From Candidatus Omnitrophota bacterium (lineage in GTDB: Bacteria > Omnitrophota > Gorgyraeia > Zapsychrales > Fredricksoniimonadaceae), in contig JBGAJA010000002.1 of assembly GCA_044225175.1 (NCBI GenBank), positions 408,991 to 472,990 of the forward strand: 64,000 nucleotides of DNA, read 5' to 3'. Position 1 is the stretch's first letter. Every line of letters begins with the position of its first letter. Shown one piece after another: positions 45,684 to 56,188 of this stretch. Below the pieces are notes generated by a model. That model did no database searches, had not been told where the DNA came from, and saw nothing but the letters and a program-made list of their open reading frames with translations. Position numbers and translations under genes: made by a program.

Positions 45684-47184
45684 AATCGACGCACTATTCA
45701 TTCATCCGAATGCTTCCAAGAAAATCTATCAAGATTTAGCCAAAGATTTTTCTGCAATTGAACCTCCCATTTGGGCGGGAATGCTGGCTAATCATTGTCG
45801 AATTAAAGGATTTTCAGTCAATATTCTAGATTGCGAAGCTTTGCATTTATCTGAAGAACAGTCCTCGCAACACATCATTGACGAGCGTCCTAAACTTGCC
45901 TGTTTTGTTGTCTATGGGCAACAGCCTTCTGCCAGTTCCCAGAACATGGAGGGGGCTCTTGCGGTTGCTCAGATGGTTAAAGATATGAACGCAGATATCA
46001 AGATTCTTTTTGTAGGCGGTCATATTGCAGCGTTATCCAGAGAAGTCTTGGAGAAACATTCATGTGTTGATTTCGTTTGTCAGAACGAAGGCGTTTATAC
46101 CATTTCCAATTTATTAAAAACAAACCTTAGCGATCATTTAGATAAAGTGCTGGGTCTAGGCTACAGAAAAGATGGCGGGATCATTTTGAATCCTCCCTCG
46201 CCCATTGTAGAGAAAGCAGATCTCCCAAAAGAAATGCCGGGTATTGCTTGGGATTTACTACCTATCAAGAATTATCGTACAGCCCTTTGGCATTCTTATC
46301 CTAATAACTCACAACGTCAGCCTTTTGCGGCATTGTATACGAGTCTTGGCTGCCCGATGAAATGTTCTTTTTGTATGATTAACATTATTAATCGCCAGGA
46401 AAATGAATACTCTGATGGGTCAGCTGTGTTTCGTTACTGGGATCCTGAACATATCATTAAAGAGTTTGATTTCTTTGCTTCTCAAGGGATCACTAATATT
46501 AAAATTGCTGATGAACTCTTTGTTCTAAACGCCAATCATTTCATGAAGCTTTGCGAATTAATTATTGCTCGAGGTTATAAATTTAACATTTGGTGTTATT
46601 CAAGGGTGGATACAGTTAAAGATCATTTCCTCGCTACTTTAAAGAAGGCTGGGGTTAATTGGTTAGCCTTGGGAATCGAAAGCGGAAATACCAGAGTTCG
46701 TAAAGATGTGACTAAAGGCCGTTTTGAAGATGTTGATATTCGATCCGTTGTTAATAAAATTCGTGCCCATGGGATAAATGTCATAGGTAATTATATTTTT
46801 GGTTTGCCTGAAGATGATTTCGAAAGCATGCAGATGACCCTAGACTTAGCTATCGAGATGAACACGGAAGAAGCTAATTTTTATTCAGCGATGGCTTATC
46901 CAGGAAGCCCTTTGCATGGGATTGCAAGAAAAGAAGGTTGGAAATTACCAGAAACATACAGTGGGTACTCTCAGCATTCCTATAATTGTCAACCCCTACC
47001 AACCAAATATCTGACTTCTGCTCAAGTTTTAGGTTTTAGAGACGAGGCCTGGATGAAATACCATACCAACCATAATTTTCTAGATTTGCTTAAGACCAAA
47101 TTTGGTCAGATAGCTGTAGATGAAACTTTAAAATCTACTCAAATTAAACTTAAACGTAAGATTTTAGAAGGCGTGAGTGTCTAA
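45670..47184 (+). CDS. B12-binding radical SAM enzyme (class B; likely sugar C-methyltransferase or epimerase).
   Basis: N-terminal cobalamin-binding-like region and the radical-SAM CxxxCxxC (CPMKCSFC). Confidence 0.75.
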   Translation: MPISKIDALFIHPNASKKIYQDLAKDFSAIEPPIWAGMLANHCRIKGFSVNILDCEALHLSEEQSSQHIIDERPKLACFVVYGQQPSASSQNMEGALAVAQMVKDMNADIKILFVGGHIAALSREVLEKHSCVDFVCQNEGVYTISNLLKTNLSDHLDKVLGLGYRKDGGIILNPPSPIVEKADLPKEMPGIAWDLLPIKNYRTALWHSYPNNSQRQPFAALYTSLGCPMKCSFCMINIINRQENEYSDGSAVFRYWDPEHIIKEFDFFASQGITNIKIADELFVLNANHFMKLCELIIARGYKFNIWCYSRVDTVKDHFLATLKKAGVNWLALGIESGNTRVRKDVTKGRFEDVDIRSVVNKIRAHGINVIGNYIFGLPEDDFESMQMTLDLAIEMNTEEANFYSAMAYPGSPLHGIARKEGWKLPETYSGYSQHSYNCQPLPTKYLTSAQVLGFRDEAWMKYHTNHNFLDLLKTKFGQIAVDETLKSTQIKLKRKILEGVSV

Positions 47185-48185
47185 TGATCATTTCTCGTAC
47201 ACCCTTTAGGGTATCTTTTTTTGGCGGCGGAACAGATTATCATGGCTGGTATCACTCGAATAAAGGGGCGGTTCTTGCCACAACGATTGATAAATATTGT
47301 TATATCACTTGTCGCTATTTACCTCCTTTTTTTGAACACAAATCACGCATTATATATTCCAAGATGGAACATGTTCAAAAATCGATCAATGAAATTGATC
47401 ACCCTTCCGTTAGAGAAGTATTACGATATTTGAAGATTCATCAGGGTATTGAAATCCACCATGATGGCGATTTACCTGCTCGAACAGGTTTAGGCTCCAG
47501 TTCTTCTTTCACGGTGGGTTTGTTGAATTCTTTATATGCTCTCAAAGGTCAAATGGTCACCAAAGAACAATTGGCCAACGAAGCCATTTATATTGAACAC
47601 GAAATGATTAAAGAAAATGTGGGATGTCAGGACCAGACTTTGGCAGCACACGGAGGGTTTAATCTGATTGAATTTGGGGGGCCGAATCACTTAAGAGTTC
47701 AACCGCTTACAATTTCCATAGATAAACTTAATTTATTACAAAGTCATTTGATGTTGTTTTTCACTGGTTTTTCCAGAACAGCTTCTCAAATTGCTTTGCA
47801 TCAGATCAAGAACATTCCCAACAAGAAAAAAGAATTACAGCGTATGTATGAAATGGTTTATGAGGCAGTTGAGATTCTTAATGGAAAGAATATTGTTAAA
47901 TTTGGCCGCCTTTTAGATGAAAGTTGGAAATTAAAGCGCACGCTTTCTGATAAGATCTCAACAGAACATATTGATGACCTTTATAAAACTGCAATTCGTG
48001 CTGGTGCTCAAGGCGGAAAACTCTTAGGGGCAGGTGGAGGAGGATTTATACTTTTTTTTGTTGAACCTCATAAACAAGAAAAAGTACGCCAATCGTTAAA
48101 AAAGTTAGTTGAAGTCCCTATTAAGTTTGAAAACCTTGGTAGTCAGATCATTTTCTTTCAACCTGCAACCGGTATTGTTAAATAA
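47184..48185 (+). CDS. hddA: GHMP kinase, D-glycero-alpha-D-manno-heptose 7-phosphate kinase (HddA)-like.
   Basis: N-terminal RTPFRVSFFGGGTDY and the GHMP motif PARTGLGSSSS. Confidence 0.7.
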   Translation: MIISRTPFRVSFFGGGTDYHGWYHSNKGAVLATTIDKYCYITCRYLPPFFEHKSRIIYSKMEHVQKSINEIDHPSVREVLRYLKIHQGIEIHHDGDLPARTGLGSSSSFTVGLLNSLYALKGQMVTKEQLANEAIYIEHEMIKENVGCQDQTLAAHGGFNLIEFGGPNHLRVQPLTISIDKLNLLQSHLMLFFTGFSRTASQIALHQIKNIPNKKKELQRMYEMVYEAVEILNGKNIVKFGRLLDESWKLKRTLSDKISTEHIDDLYKTAIRAGAQGGKLLGAGGGGFILFFVEPHKQEKVRQSLKKLVEVPIKFENLGSQIIFFQPATGIVK

Positions 48186-48193
48186 TTTAATCC

Positions 48194-48925
48194 ATGAAGA
48201 CCCTAAAAGATACAGATGTGGTGATTCTAGCAGGAGGTTTGGGTAAAAGGCTTCAGTCTGTGACGGGCGGTTCACAGAAGATCCTTGCTCAGATTGATGG
48301 TAAACCTTTTATTAGCATCTTAATTGACTATCTTGCAGCCCAAGGTGCTTCGCGCTTTATCTTATGCACTGGCCATGATGCAAAGAATGTTGAAGAGACG
48401 TTAGCTAATGCCCACAGAGGACTCACTGTTTTATTTTCCAGAGAAGATGAACCTTTGGGTACGGGGGGAGCAATTAAAAAAGGGGCAGGCTTAGTTGAAA
48501 GCGACTTATTTCTGGCTATGAATGGAGATTGTTTTTGTGTGATTGATTATAATCGTATGATTCAAGAGCATCAAATGAACAAAGCCCAAGCCACTATTGC
48601 AATAACACAAATTGCAGATGCTCGAGAATATGGAACAATTGAAATTAATTCGAATAAAGAAATTATTACTTTTAAAGAAAAACAACCAATCTTGCAAAAA
48701 GCTTTGATCAACACTGGTACATATTGTTTGAATCGAAATATATTTAATGTAGGGGTGGGTTCTAAACCCACCCAAGGAAAATTTTCCATCGAATACGATT
48801 TTTTCCCTTATTTGGTTGGGAAAGGTTTTTTTGGGTTTGAAGTAGAAAATAAATTTATAGACATCGGTACGCCTGAGAGATATCAATGGGCGCAACAACA
48901 TTTAGCAGGATTAAATGGAAAATAA
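48194..48925 (+). CDS. hddC: Sugar-1-phosphate nucleotidyltransferase, D-glycero-alpha-D-manno-heptose 1-phosphate guanylyltransferase (HddC)-like.
   Basis: N-terminal VVILAGGLGKRL. The gene carries a half REP (48749-48773) in frame. Confidence 0.65.
   Translation: MKTLKDTDVVILAGGLGKRLQSVTGGSQKILAQIDGKPFISILIDYLAAQGASRFILCTGHDAKNVEETLANAHRGLTVLFSREDEPLGTGGAIKKGAGLVESDLFLAMNGDCFCVIDYNRMIQEHQMNKAQATIAITQIADAREYGTIEINSNKEIITFKEKQPILQKALINTGTYCLNRNIFNVGVGSKPTQGKFSIEYDFFPYLVGKGFFGFEVENKFIDIGTPERYQWAQQHLAGLNGK
48749..48773. repeat. Partial family-A REP (first hairpin only), in frame in the hddC-like gene.
   Basis: The sequence is gtaggggtgggttctaaacccaccc. It translates as VGVGSKPTQ, the same peptide as the leuS insertion. 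Confidence 0.7.
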
Positions 48926-48938
48926 GAAGGAAAGGAAT

Positions 48939-50120
48939 ATGGATTTTAATAAAACGACAGCCATTCGTGAAGGCCAGGAAGCTAAAAAAGCTGGTTACAA
49001 AGTCCCCTTTGGAACTGTTTCTATCACACAAAAAGCAGAACAACTTATAGCGGAATCTCTTCGTACAAAATGGGTCACTAAGGGTGCGTACGTCGCAGAA
49101 TTTGAGTCAAAATTTGCCGCTCTTTTTGGTGTCAAGCATGGTATTGCTGTTTCCAGTGGAACGGATGCGGATGCCATTGCGTGTGCTGTTCTCTATGATT
49201 TTGGCGCACAACGTGGAGATGAGATTATTATTCCAGCTCTGACATTTGTAGCGACAGGAAATGCTGTGTTACAGGCAGGTTTTAAGCCGGTGTTTGTGGA
49301 TGTTAATCGTGAAACTTTAAACATTGATCCAGTTAAAATTGAAGCCGTCATCACAAGCAAAACCCGCGCGATTATGCCTGTGCATTTGATGGGCAAGCCA
49401 GCTGCAATGGACCAGATTATGGCGATTGCCAAGAAATATAAACTTCATGTGATTGAAGATGCGGCAGAGGCTCATGGGGCAGAATATAAAGGCAAAAAGA
49501 TTGGTGCTATCGGAGATATGGCATGCTTTTCATTGTATGCTGCACATATTATTACTTCCATTGAAGGAGGTATGATTATTACAAACAATGACCAAATGGC
49601 TGAAGCTGCCAAATCATTGCGTAATCATGGAATAGACGGTAAGTTTCGTTTCAAACGAATAGGATTTTCGGCCAAGATGAATGAAATTGAAGCGGCTGTT
49701 GGGTTAGGTAATATTGATATTTTTCATGAGATACTCGAAAAACGTCGACGTAATGTTAGATATTTGATTAAGCACTTTGCCCCTTTTGAAAAATATTTCT
49801 GGTATTTAAAAGAAGATGCTTACGAGGTCTTAGGACCACACGCATTTTCCATGATTCTAAAGCCCGGACTTAATTTCACTAAAGATGAATTCGTGACATA
49901 CCTTGAACGAGAGGGTGTGGATTCACGAAATTTATTTTATTCCATTCCTACCCAAACTCCCAGTTATGAATTCATGGGATATAAGCTTGGTGATTTTCCT
50001 GAAACAGAATATTGTTCTGATCATGGAACGCATATTGGCTGCCATCAAGACATTGAATTATCCCATTGTGATTATGCCATTGAGACAGTCGTTAAATTTT
50101 TAAAAAGCAAAGGTTATTAA
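48939..50120 (+). CDS. DegT/AHBA-synthase-fold sugar 3-dehydratase (ColD/E1-like), with His in place of the PLP lysine. The ORF track ATG is at 48915.
   Basis: AAT-fold. The active-site segment CFSLYAAHIITSIEGG has His where aminotransferases have Lys. Compare the paralog at 55088, which has SFYPTKSLG. Confidence 0.5.
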   Translation: MDFNKTTAIREGQEAKKAGYKVPFGTVSITQKAEQLIAESLRTKWVTKGAYVAEFESKFAALFGVKHGIAVSSGTDADAIACAVLYDFGAQRGDEIIIPALTFVATGNAVLQAGFKPVFVDVNRETLNIDPVKIEAVITSKTRAIMPVHLMGKPAAMDQIMAIAKKYKLHVIEDAAEAHGAEYKGKKIGAIGDMACFSLYAAHIITSIEGGMIITNNDQMAEAAKSLRNHGIDGKFRFKRIGFSAKMNEIEAAVGLGNIDIFHEILEKRRRNVRYLIKHFAPFEKYFWYLKEDAYEVLGPHAFSMILKPGLNFTKDEFVTYLEREGVDSRNLFYSIPTQTPSYEFMGYKLGDFPETEYCSDHGTHIGCHQDIELSHCDYAIETVVKFLKSKGY

Positions 50121-50129
50121 GGTTCTTAA

Positions 50130-51119
50130 ATGAGTTCTTCATCAAAGATCAAGAAAGTCTTGGTTATTGGTGGGACAGGTTACATCGGCTCCCATATGAC
50201 AAAATTACTTCTGGAGAAGGGGTGTAAGTCTATTATTTTTGACCGGGCCAATCTAAAACCATCCCAGAAATTACCTAATGTCAAAATTATTAAAGGGGAT
50301 CTAAGAAAATATAAAGATATCAGTTTAGCCTTACAGGAAACCCAACCAGATCTCATTATGTATTTTGCCGGTCTTATTGTTGCCCCTGAGTCCAATGTAA
50401 AACCTGTGCAATACCTGGATCATAATGTATTGGGAGCAGTGAATTTACTTAAAGCGATGCAGGAAACAGGAATCAAAAGAATTATTTTCTCATCGACAGC
50501 GGCTGTTTATGGAAACGCTTCTAATAAGACCATTACTGAGGAAACTCCATTGCTGCCGATTAATACCTATGGTTATACAAAATTGATGTTTGAACAAATG
50601 TTAGAACGTGTGGCTTGTGCAGATCAAGAATTTGCTTATATCGCTTTGCGATATTTTAATACCGCAGGGGCCCATCATTCCGGAACGTTAGGGGAATGCC
50701 ATGAACCTGAAACACATCTGATTCCTAACGTCTTACGCACGATCAAAGGTCAATTGAAAGAACTCGTTATTTACGGCGATGATTATCCGACAAAAGATGG
50801 CACCTGCATCCGGGATTATATTCATATTGAGGATCTTGTTGAAGCGCATTGGTTAGCCATACAGGCCTTAGGTAGGGGATTATCTAATCAAGCCATTAAT
50901 CTAGGAACAGGGCATGGTTATTCTGTAAAAGAAATTATCGCTGTGTCGGAAAAAATTACAGGAGCTAAGGTGAATGTGCGAATTTCTGATCGACGACCTG
51001 GAGATCCTGCAGTCTTAGTCGCTTCTTATAAAAAGGCCAAGAAATTTTTGGGATGGCAGCCTAAAAGAAATCTCACTCAAATTATCCATTCCGCTTGGCA
51101 ATGGGAGAAAAACTTGTGA
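50130..51119 (+). CDS. galE: UDP-glucose 4-epimerase.
   Basis: GGTGYIGSH, the YGYTK catalytic motif, and GalE-like length and sequence. Confidence 0.85.
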   Translation: MSSSSKIKKVLVIGGTGYIGSHMTKLLLEKGCKSIIFDRANLKPSQKLPNVKIIKGDLRKYKDISLALQETQPDLIMYFAGLIVAPESNVKPVQYLDHNVLGAVNLLKAMQETGIKRIIFSSTAAVYGNASNKTITEETPLLPINTYGYTKLMFEQMLERVACADQEFAYIALRYFNTAGAHHSGTLGECHEPETHLIPNVLRTIKGQLKELVIYGDDYPTKDGTCIRDYIHIEDLVEAHWLAIQALGRGLSNQAINLGTGHGYSVKEIIAVSEKITGAKVNVRISDRRPGDPAVLVASYKKAKKFLGWQPKRNLTQIIHSAWQWEKNL

Positions 51120-52075
51120 TTCCAAAAGAAATTCCTGTTGTCATTGCTCATTTTGGAACGAAACCAAATTATTTAAAACTGGCCCTGAAATCTGCTGCTC
51201 GCTTTAATCAAAAAGTCGTGCTTATTGGTGATGAAGCTAATAAAGATGTTTGGATAGATCATTGGGACACGAAACCTTCTGAAATTGGGAAATTTCAAGA
51301 ATTTTTAAAATCCTATACCCATATGTCTAGCTTTTCTCAAGAATACGAGATTTCATGTTTTAAGCGTATGTTTGCCATGGAAGTATGGATGAAACAAAAT
51401 GGTCTTAAGGAAGCTTTTCATTTAGACAGTGATATCATGACCTTTGCTAATTATTCTAAAGAAATCCTTCCGATCCTTCCCAATGGTTGTATGGCGACTC
51501 TCATGGCTGTCGAAAAAGAACAACATGATTATTTATGGGTGAAATCTTGTCATTTTTCATATTGGACCATCGAGGCCTTGGAGGATTACACCAATTTTTG
51601 TATTCAGGCATACCGCGATTCCAAAATAAGAAATATGTTAGAGGCTAAATGGAAGTGGCATTGTGATCATCATAAAGGTGGTGGTATATGCGATATGACA
51701 GTCTTATATTTCTGGGCTAAGGGGAATCCGCATATTTTGTATATGACCAAGGTGCACAATGGGCTTACGGCGGATCATAATTTTAATCAATCGGCCCAAT
51801 ATTACGACCATGAATATCAGATGGAGTTTGGTCTTAAGAAATTTGTTTTTAAAGAGGGCCTTCCTTACGGTTACAATCAATTGGCCAAACAATGGATTAG
51901 ATTCTTGTGCGTTCATTGTCAGGGAGCAGGTAAGTGCACAATGCCTTTCTTAAGCAATGATTACTTAAGATCTTATTACGTGGTTTCTCGTATCTATCAT
52001 CGAATTAAATCAAAATATCTTAGGTTCTCCTTTCGAAAGTTTAAAAAACTGATAGAAAAGAACAAAAAGAAATAA
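51095..52075 (+). CDS. Hypothetical protein in the glycan cluster (possible novel transferase).
   Basis: No recognisable motifs. It is conserved-looking, soluble, and sits between galE and a GT4 gene. Confidence 0.35.
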   Translation: MAMGEKLVIPKEIPVVIAHFGTKPNYLKLALKSAARFNQKVVLIGDEANKDVWIDHWDTKPSEIGKFQEFLKSYTHMSSFSQEYEISCFKRMFAMEVWMKQNGLKEAFHLDSDIMTFANYSKEILPILPNGCMATLMAVEKEQHDYLWVKSCHFSYWTIEALEDYTNFCIQAYRDSKIRNMLEAKWKWHCDHHKGGGICDMTVLYFWAKGNPHILYMTKVHNGLTADHNFNQSAQYYDHEYQMEFGLKKFVFKEGLPYGYNQLAKQWIRFLCVHCQGAGKCTMPFLSNDYLRSYYVVSRIYHRIKSKYLRFSFRKFKKLIEKNKKK

Positions 52076-52099
52076 TTTGGGTTATCGGGAGATAAGGAA

Positions 52100-53212
52100 T
52101 TGAATCATGTGTTATTTATCAATCATGTGTCTTTTTTAGGGGGGGCCGAACGGAATTTATTATCACTCATTGAAGCGTTAGACCAAAAGTTCAAAGTTTT
52201 TTTTATTTGTCAAGAACCTGGGCCTTTACCTGAAGCCTTAAAAAAAATAGGTGTAGTAGTTGAGTACATGCCATTAGGGGCATGGCGTAAGCCGATCAAT
52301 ATTATTAAGAATCATTTTACAGTTCGAAAGATCCGTCAATTTTGCAAGAGTCATCGGATCAATCTCATCTGCAGTAATAATTATCGGGTTAGTTCCTATG
52401 CCGTTCTTCCGGCCCAGTCGTTAAAGATTCCTTCCATCACAATCATTCAAGATTTTGTGGATGAAAATAAATTGCGTAAATTTAATGCTTTTGAATCAAC
52501 AGCGTTAATCACTGTTTCCGATAGTGTGACTAACTCCATTAACAAGTTTTACAAGAAAAAAATTTATAGAATCTATAATGGACTGGACACTCATCAATAC
52601 ATTCAAGAGGCAGGTATTCATGAGAAATTAGGTGAGGAATTCCCAATATTGAGAAATAAGCGTGTGATAGGAATGATCGCTCAAATTGTTCCTGTGAAAG
52701 GCCATAAATTCTTCTTTAGAGCAATGAAAAGAATTGCGGATGAATTTGATGATGTCATGTTCTTTATCATTGGAGACTCCCCGCAAGTGGCAAAAGCATC
52801 ACTGATAGAAATTAAAAATTATGTCACTGCACTCCATTTAGAAGATAAAGTTATTTTTGCTGGTCCGCGGGAGGACGTTCCGAATTTACTCAAATCTTTT
52901 GATCTGCTGGTTGTGCCATCATCATTGGAACCTTTCGGTAGAGTTGTTATTGAATCCATGGTTTTAAGAGTGCCTGTTGTCGCTACAATGAGCGGAGGAC
53001 CATCGGAGATTATTCAACACGATACTAATGGATTATTGGTGCCTGTAGATAATGAACAAAGTTTAACTAATGCTGTCCGGATATTATTAACAGATGACAC
53101 CAAGCGAAAGATGTTTGGTGAAAAAGCGCAAAAGCATATCCAAGATCAGTTTGACCTGAAACATACCGTTGTCCATATTAACCAAGTTGTGTCAGAGGTT
53201 TTATCCAAATGA
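52100..53212 (+). CDS. Glycosyltransferase family 4.
   Basis: GT-B fold with the GT4 C-terminal motif (EPFGRVVIESM). Confidence 0.75.
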   Translation: MNHVLFINHVSFLGGAERNLLSLIEALDQKFKVFFICQEPGPLPEALKKIGVVVEYMPLGAWRKPINIIKNHFTVRKIRQFCKSHRINLICSNNYRVSSYAVLPAQSLKIPSITIIQDFVDENKLRKFNAFESTALITVSDSVTNSINKFYKKKIYRIYNGLDTHQYIQEAGIHEKLGEEFPILRNKRVIGMIAQIVPVKGHKFFFRAMKRIADEFDDVMFFIIGDSPQVAKASLIEIKNYVTALHLEDKVIFAGPREDVPNLLKSFDLLVVPSSLEPFGRVVIESMVLRVPVVATMSGGPSEIIQHDTNGLLVPVDNEQSLTNAVRILLTDDTKRKMFGEKAQKHIQDQFDLKHTVVHINQVVSEVLSK

Positions 53213-54045
53213 AGATCAGTGGTTTTACCATTGTCCGAAATGCTATTAAGCTCAGATACCCCGTGATTGAATCCATCCATTCGATTCTATCGATTTGTGA
53301 CGAATTTATTATCAATGTGGGAGATTCACAAGATGGCACCTTGGAATTAATTCAGGGAATGGCTAATCCTAAAATCAAGATTATTCAGACAGAATGGAAC
53401 ATGGAGCAGGGGGCTGCAGTGCTTTCCGAGCAAACCAATAGAGCACTTAAAGAGTGTACAGGAGATTGGGCTTTTTATTTACAAACGGATGAAGTCATTC
53501 ATGAACATGATTTACCAAGACTTGTCAAATGTATGAAGGAGAACTTAAATAATCTTGAGGTGGACGCATTAAGATTTAAATGGTTTCATTTTTATGGAAG
53601 TCATTACCGATATCGGATTGATCGAGGATGGTATCAAAAACAAGATCGAATAGTCCGTAATAATGGAACGATTCGTTCCCTGGGGGATGCCTTTGCTTTT
53701 GAAAGATATGATGGAAAACCTTTAAGATCTAAAAATACAGGATGTTTTCTGTATCATTATGGATGGGTCCAAATCCCCGAAGATATGGCCAAACGAAAAG
53801 AAAATGCTCAGGCGATTGGTTATGCGGCAGATATGGTCAAAAGTACAAAGCATGATTATGGTGATTTAAATCGTTTTCCTATTTATTTTGGAACACATCC
53901 TTTAGTGATGAGAGATTTAATCAGTTCTCATCCTCTGAGCCAGCAAGACTTAAGAGAAATACATCAAAAACATTGGTGGAATCCGCTTAGAATTTTTCAA
54001 GTACGCTATAAAACGGGAAGACGCATTAAAGAAAAGATTCTATGA
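53209..54045 (+). CDS. Putative glycosyltransferase (GT2-like) or hypothetical.
   Basis: N-terminal GT-A-like segment (FTIVRNAIKLRYPVIESIHS). Weak evidence. Confidence 0.35.
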   Translation: MKISGFTIVRNAIKLRYPVIESIHSILSICDEFIINVGDSQDGTLELIQGMANPKIKIIQTEWNMEQGAAVLSEQTNRALKECTGDWAFYLQTDEVIHEHDLPRLVKCMKENLNNLEVDALRFKWFHFYGSHYRYRIDRGWYQKQDRIVRNNGTIRSLGDAFAFERYDGKPLRSKNTGCFLYHYGWVQIPEDMAKRKENAQAIGYAADMVKSTKHDYGDLNRFPIYFGTHPLVMRDLISSHPLSQQDLREIHQKHWWNPLRIFQVRYKTGRRIKEKIL

Positions 54046-55091
54046 AGATTCTTATTATTAATTCCTTTGGTATTGGGGATGTTCTTTTTACCACCCCATT
54101 GGTCAGCAATTTGAGGCTGGCTTATCCCGATGCTTTTATTGGTTATATTGCCAATCTTCGGGCTCTTCCTGTTTTGCAAAATAATCCCAAGATTAATCGT
54201 GTCTATGTTTATGATCGAGATGAATTTCAAAAGGATTTTTATCGTTCTTGGTTAAAGTTGTTTCAAGAGATTCGAAAAGAACAATTCGATGCGGTCTTCG
54301 ATTTTTCTTTGAATCCCTCTTTTGGTTTTTTCGCATTGATCTGTGGAATTAAACGTCGTATTGGATATGACTATCGCAACAGAGGCCGATTTTTGACAGA
54401 CAAGATTGTTTTAGAAGGCTATGAAGCTCGGCATGTGGTTGATTATTATTTAAATTTACTGAAGAAATTGGATCTGCCTACTACGTCACAGTCTTTAGAA
54501 ATATATATTGGACAAGATAGTCACCAATGGGCCCAAGAGTGGATTAAACTCAAAGGAATTGATCTACAGAAACCTTTGATTGCTGTAATTCCTGGAGGTG
54601 GAGCTAGCTGGGGTAAGAATGCCAACCAAAAGCAGTGGCCTGTCGAGCAATACGCCTCTTTAGTGGATAAAATCGTTGCAAAAACAAAGGCCACCATTAT
54701 ACTGATGGGCGATTTGAAGGATCAAAAATTGTGCCAAGAATTGACCCATCAATGTGCTTATCCCGTCTATGATGCGGTGGGTATTACAAGCCTTCACCAA
54801 ATGGCTGCTTTATTGAAATTATGTCGTTTTGCTATTGTTAATGATGGCGGTCCTTTACATGTGGCGGTGGCGGCACAAACGAAAACTGTATCAATTTTTG
54901 GTCCTGTCGACCCCTTGGTTTATGGACCTTACCAAGGAAATCAACAAGCAATTGAGCATCTCGTGATCCAGAATCATGTGCCTTGTCAGCCTTGTTACCG
55001 ACAATTTCGAAAAGCAAATTGTGATCATTTAAGTTGTTTGAATTTATTATCAGCCAATCAAGTTTTTAATCACATAGAAAGGTTATTATGA
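54042..55091 (+). CDS. ADP-heptose:LPS heptosyltransferase (GT9).
   Basis: KILIINSFGIGDVLFTTP N-terminus and the C-terminal GT9 motif (NDGGPLHVAVA). Confidence 0.8.
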   Translation: MKILIINSFGIGDVLFTTPLVSNLRLAYPDAFIGYIANLRALPVLQNNPKINRVYVYDRDEFQKDFYRSWLKLFQEIRKEQFDAVFDFSLNPSFGFFALICGIKRRIGYDYRNRGRFLTDKIVLEGYEARHVVDYYLNLLKKLDLPTTSQSLEIYIGQDSHQWAQEWIKLKGIDLQKPLIAVIPGGGASWGKNANQKQWPVEQYASLVDKIVAKTKATIILMGDLKDQKLCQELTHQCAYPVYDAVGITSLHQMAALLKLCRFAIVNDGGPLHVAVAAQTKTVSIFGPVDPLVYGPYQGNQQAIEHLVIQNHVPCQPCYRQFRKANCDHLSCLNLLSANQVFNHIERLL

Positions 55092-56188
55092 ACGTATCAT
55101 TTATTGATTTTAAACAACAAAACTTGCTAATCAAAGATGAGATTGATGCTGGATTTAAGAAGGTTTTTGAAAAAGGCGATTATATTCTTGGTGAACAAGC
55201 TCAAATCTTTGAAAAATCTTTTGCGCAATACTGTGACGTTCAATATGGGGTAGGAGTTAATTCAGGTACAGATGCCCTGCATTTAGCTCTTCAAGCCATT
55301 GATATTCAAGAAGGTGATGAAGTCATTGTTCCAACCCACACATTTATTGCAACAGCCCTATGTGTTTCCTTTTGTCGTGCTAAAGTCGTCTTCGTAGATA
55401 TTGAAGAGAAAACTTACAATATTGATCCCAAATCAATTGAAAAAGCCATCACTAAGAAAACTAAAGCCATTATTCCAGTTCACATTTATGGTCAACCTGC
55501 CAACATGGACGAGATTGTGGCGATTGCACGTAAACATGGGATAAAAGTTGTTGAAGATGCCGCGCAAGCACATGGTTCACGTTATAAAGGCAAGCGTGTC
55601 GGTTCTTTAGGAGATGTGGCTTGCTTCTCATTCTATCCGACTAAAAGTTTAGGAGCTTGTGGGGATGCTGGGATGATTGTGACTAATAATAAAGAAATTT
55701 ACGAAAAAGCCCTTATGCTCCGTGATTATGGCCGCAAAGGTCGTTATGAGCATAAGATTAAGGGAACAAATTCTAGATTAGATACTCTTCAAGCTGTAGT
55801 TCTTAATGCAAAACTCAAGCATCTTGATCAATGGAATGAAATGAGAGCTAAAAGCGCAGCTATGTATGCCAAATTATTAAGTTCTATTCCAAGTGTTGTG
55901 ACTCCAATTACTGAGAATGATCGTACACATGTTTTCCAAACATATGCTGTACGTGTGCCAAATCGAGATAAAGTTGTTGAAGCCATGAAAGCCAAAGGAA
56001 TTGGTGTATTAATTCATTATCCTATTCCTTTACATATGCAGGAAGCTTATGCGGATTTAGGGTACAAACAAGGGGATTTTCCTGTAGCAGAACATGTGGC
56101 CCAAAACATTTTAAGTCTTCCGATGTTTCCACATATAACACAAGAACAAATTGATATGGTGGTCAAGGCTTTGAAAGAATCTTTATGA
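55088..56188 (+). CDS. DegT/DnrJ/EryC1/StrS PLP-dependent sugar aminotransferase.
   Basis: PLP lysine motif (SFYPTKSLGACGDAG). Confidence 0.85.
   Translation: MNVSFIDFKQQNLLIKDEIDAGFKKVFEKGDYILGEQAQIFEKSFAQYCDVQYGVGVNSGTDALHLALQAIDIQEGDEVIVPTHTFIATALCVSFCRAKVVFVDIEEKTYNIDPKSIEKAITKKTKAIIPVHIYGQPANMDEIVAIARKHGIKVVEDAAQAHGSRYKGKRVGSLGDVACFSFYPTKSLGACGDAGMIVTNNKEIYEKALMLRDYGRKGRYEHKIKGTNSRLDTLQAVVLNAKLKHLDQWNEMRAKSAAMYAKLLSSIPSVVTPITENDRTHVFQTYAVRVPNRDKVVEAMKAKGIGVLIHYPIPLHMQEAYADLGYKQGDFPVAEHVAQNILSLPMFPHITQEQIDMVVKALKESL

Noticed and set aside
48749-48773. The half REP in the hddC-like gene as evidence of a full insertion.
   Set aside because: Only the first hairpin, GTAGGGGTGGGTTCTAAACCCACCC, is present, and no CCCTAC partner follows. 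It is recorded as a partial or remnant copy, not counted as a complete element.
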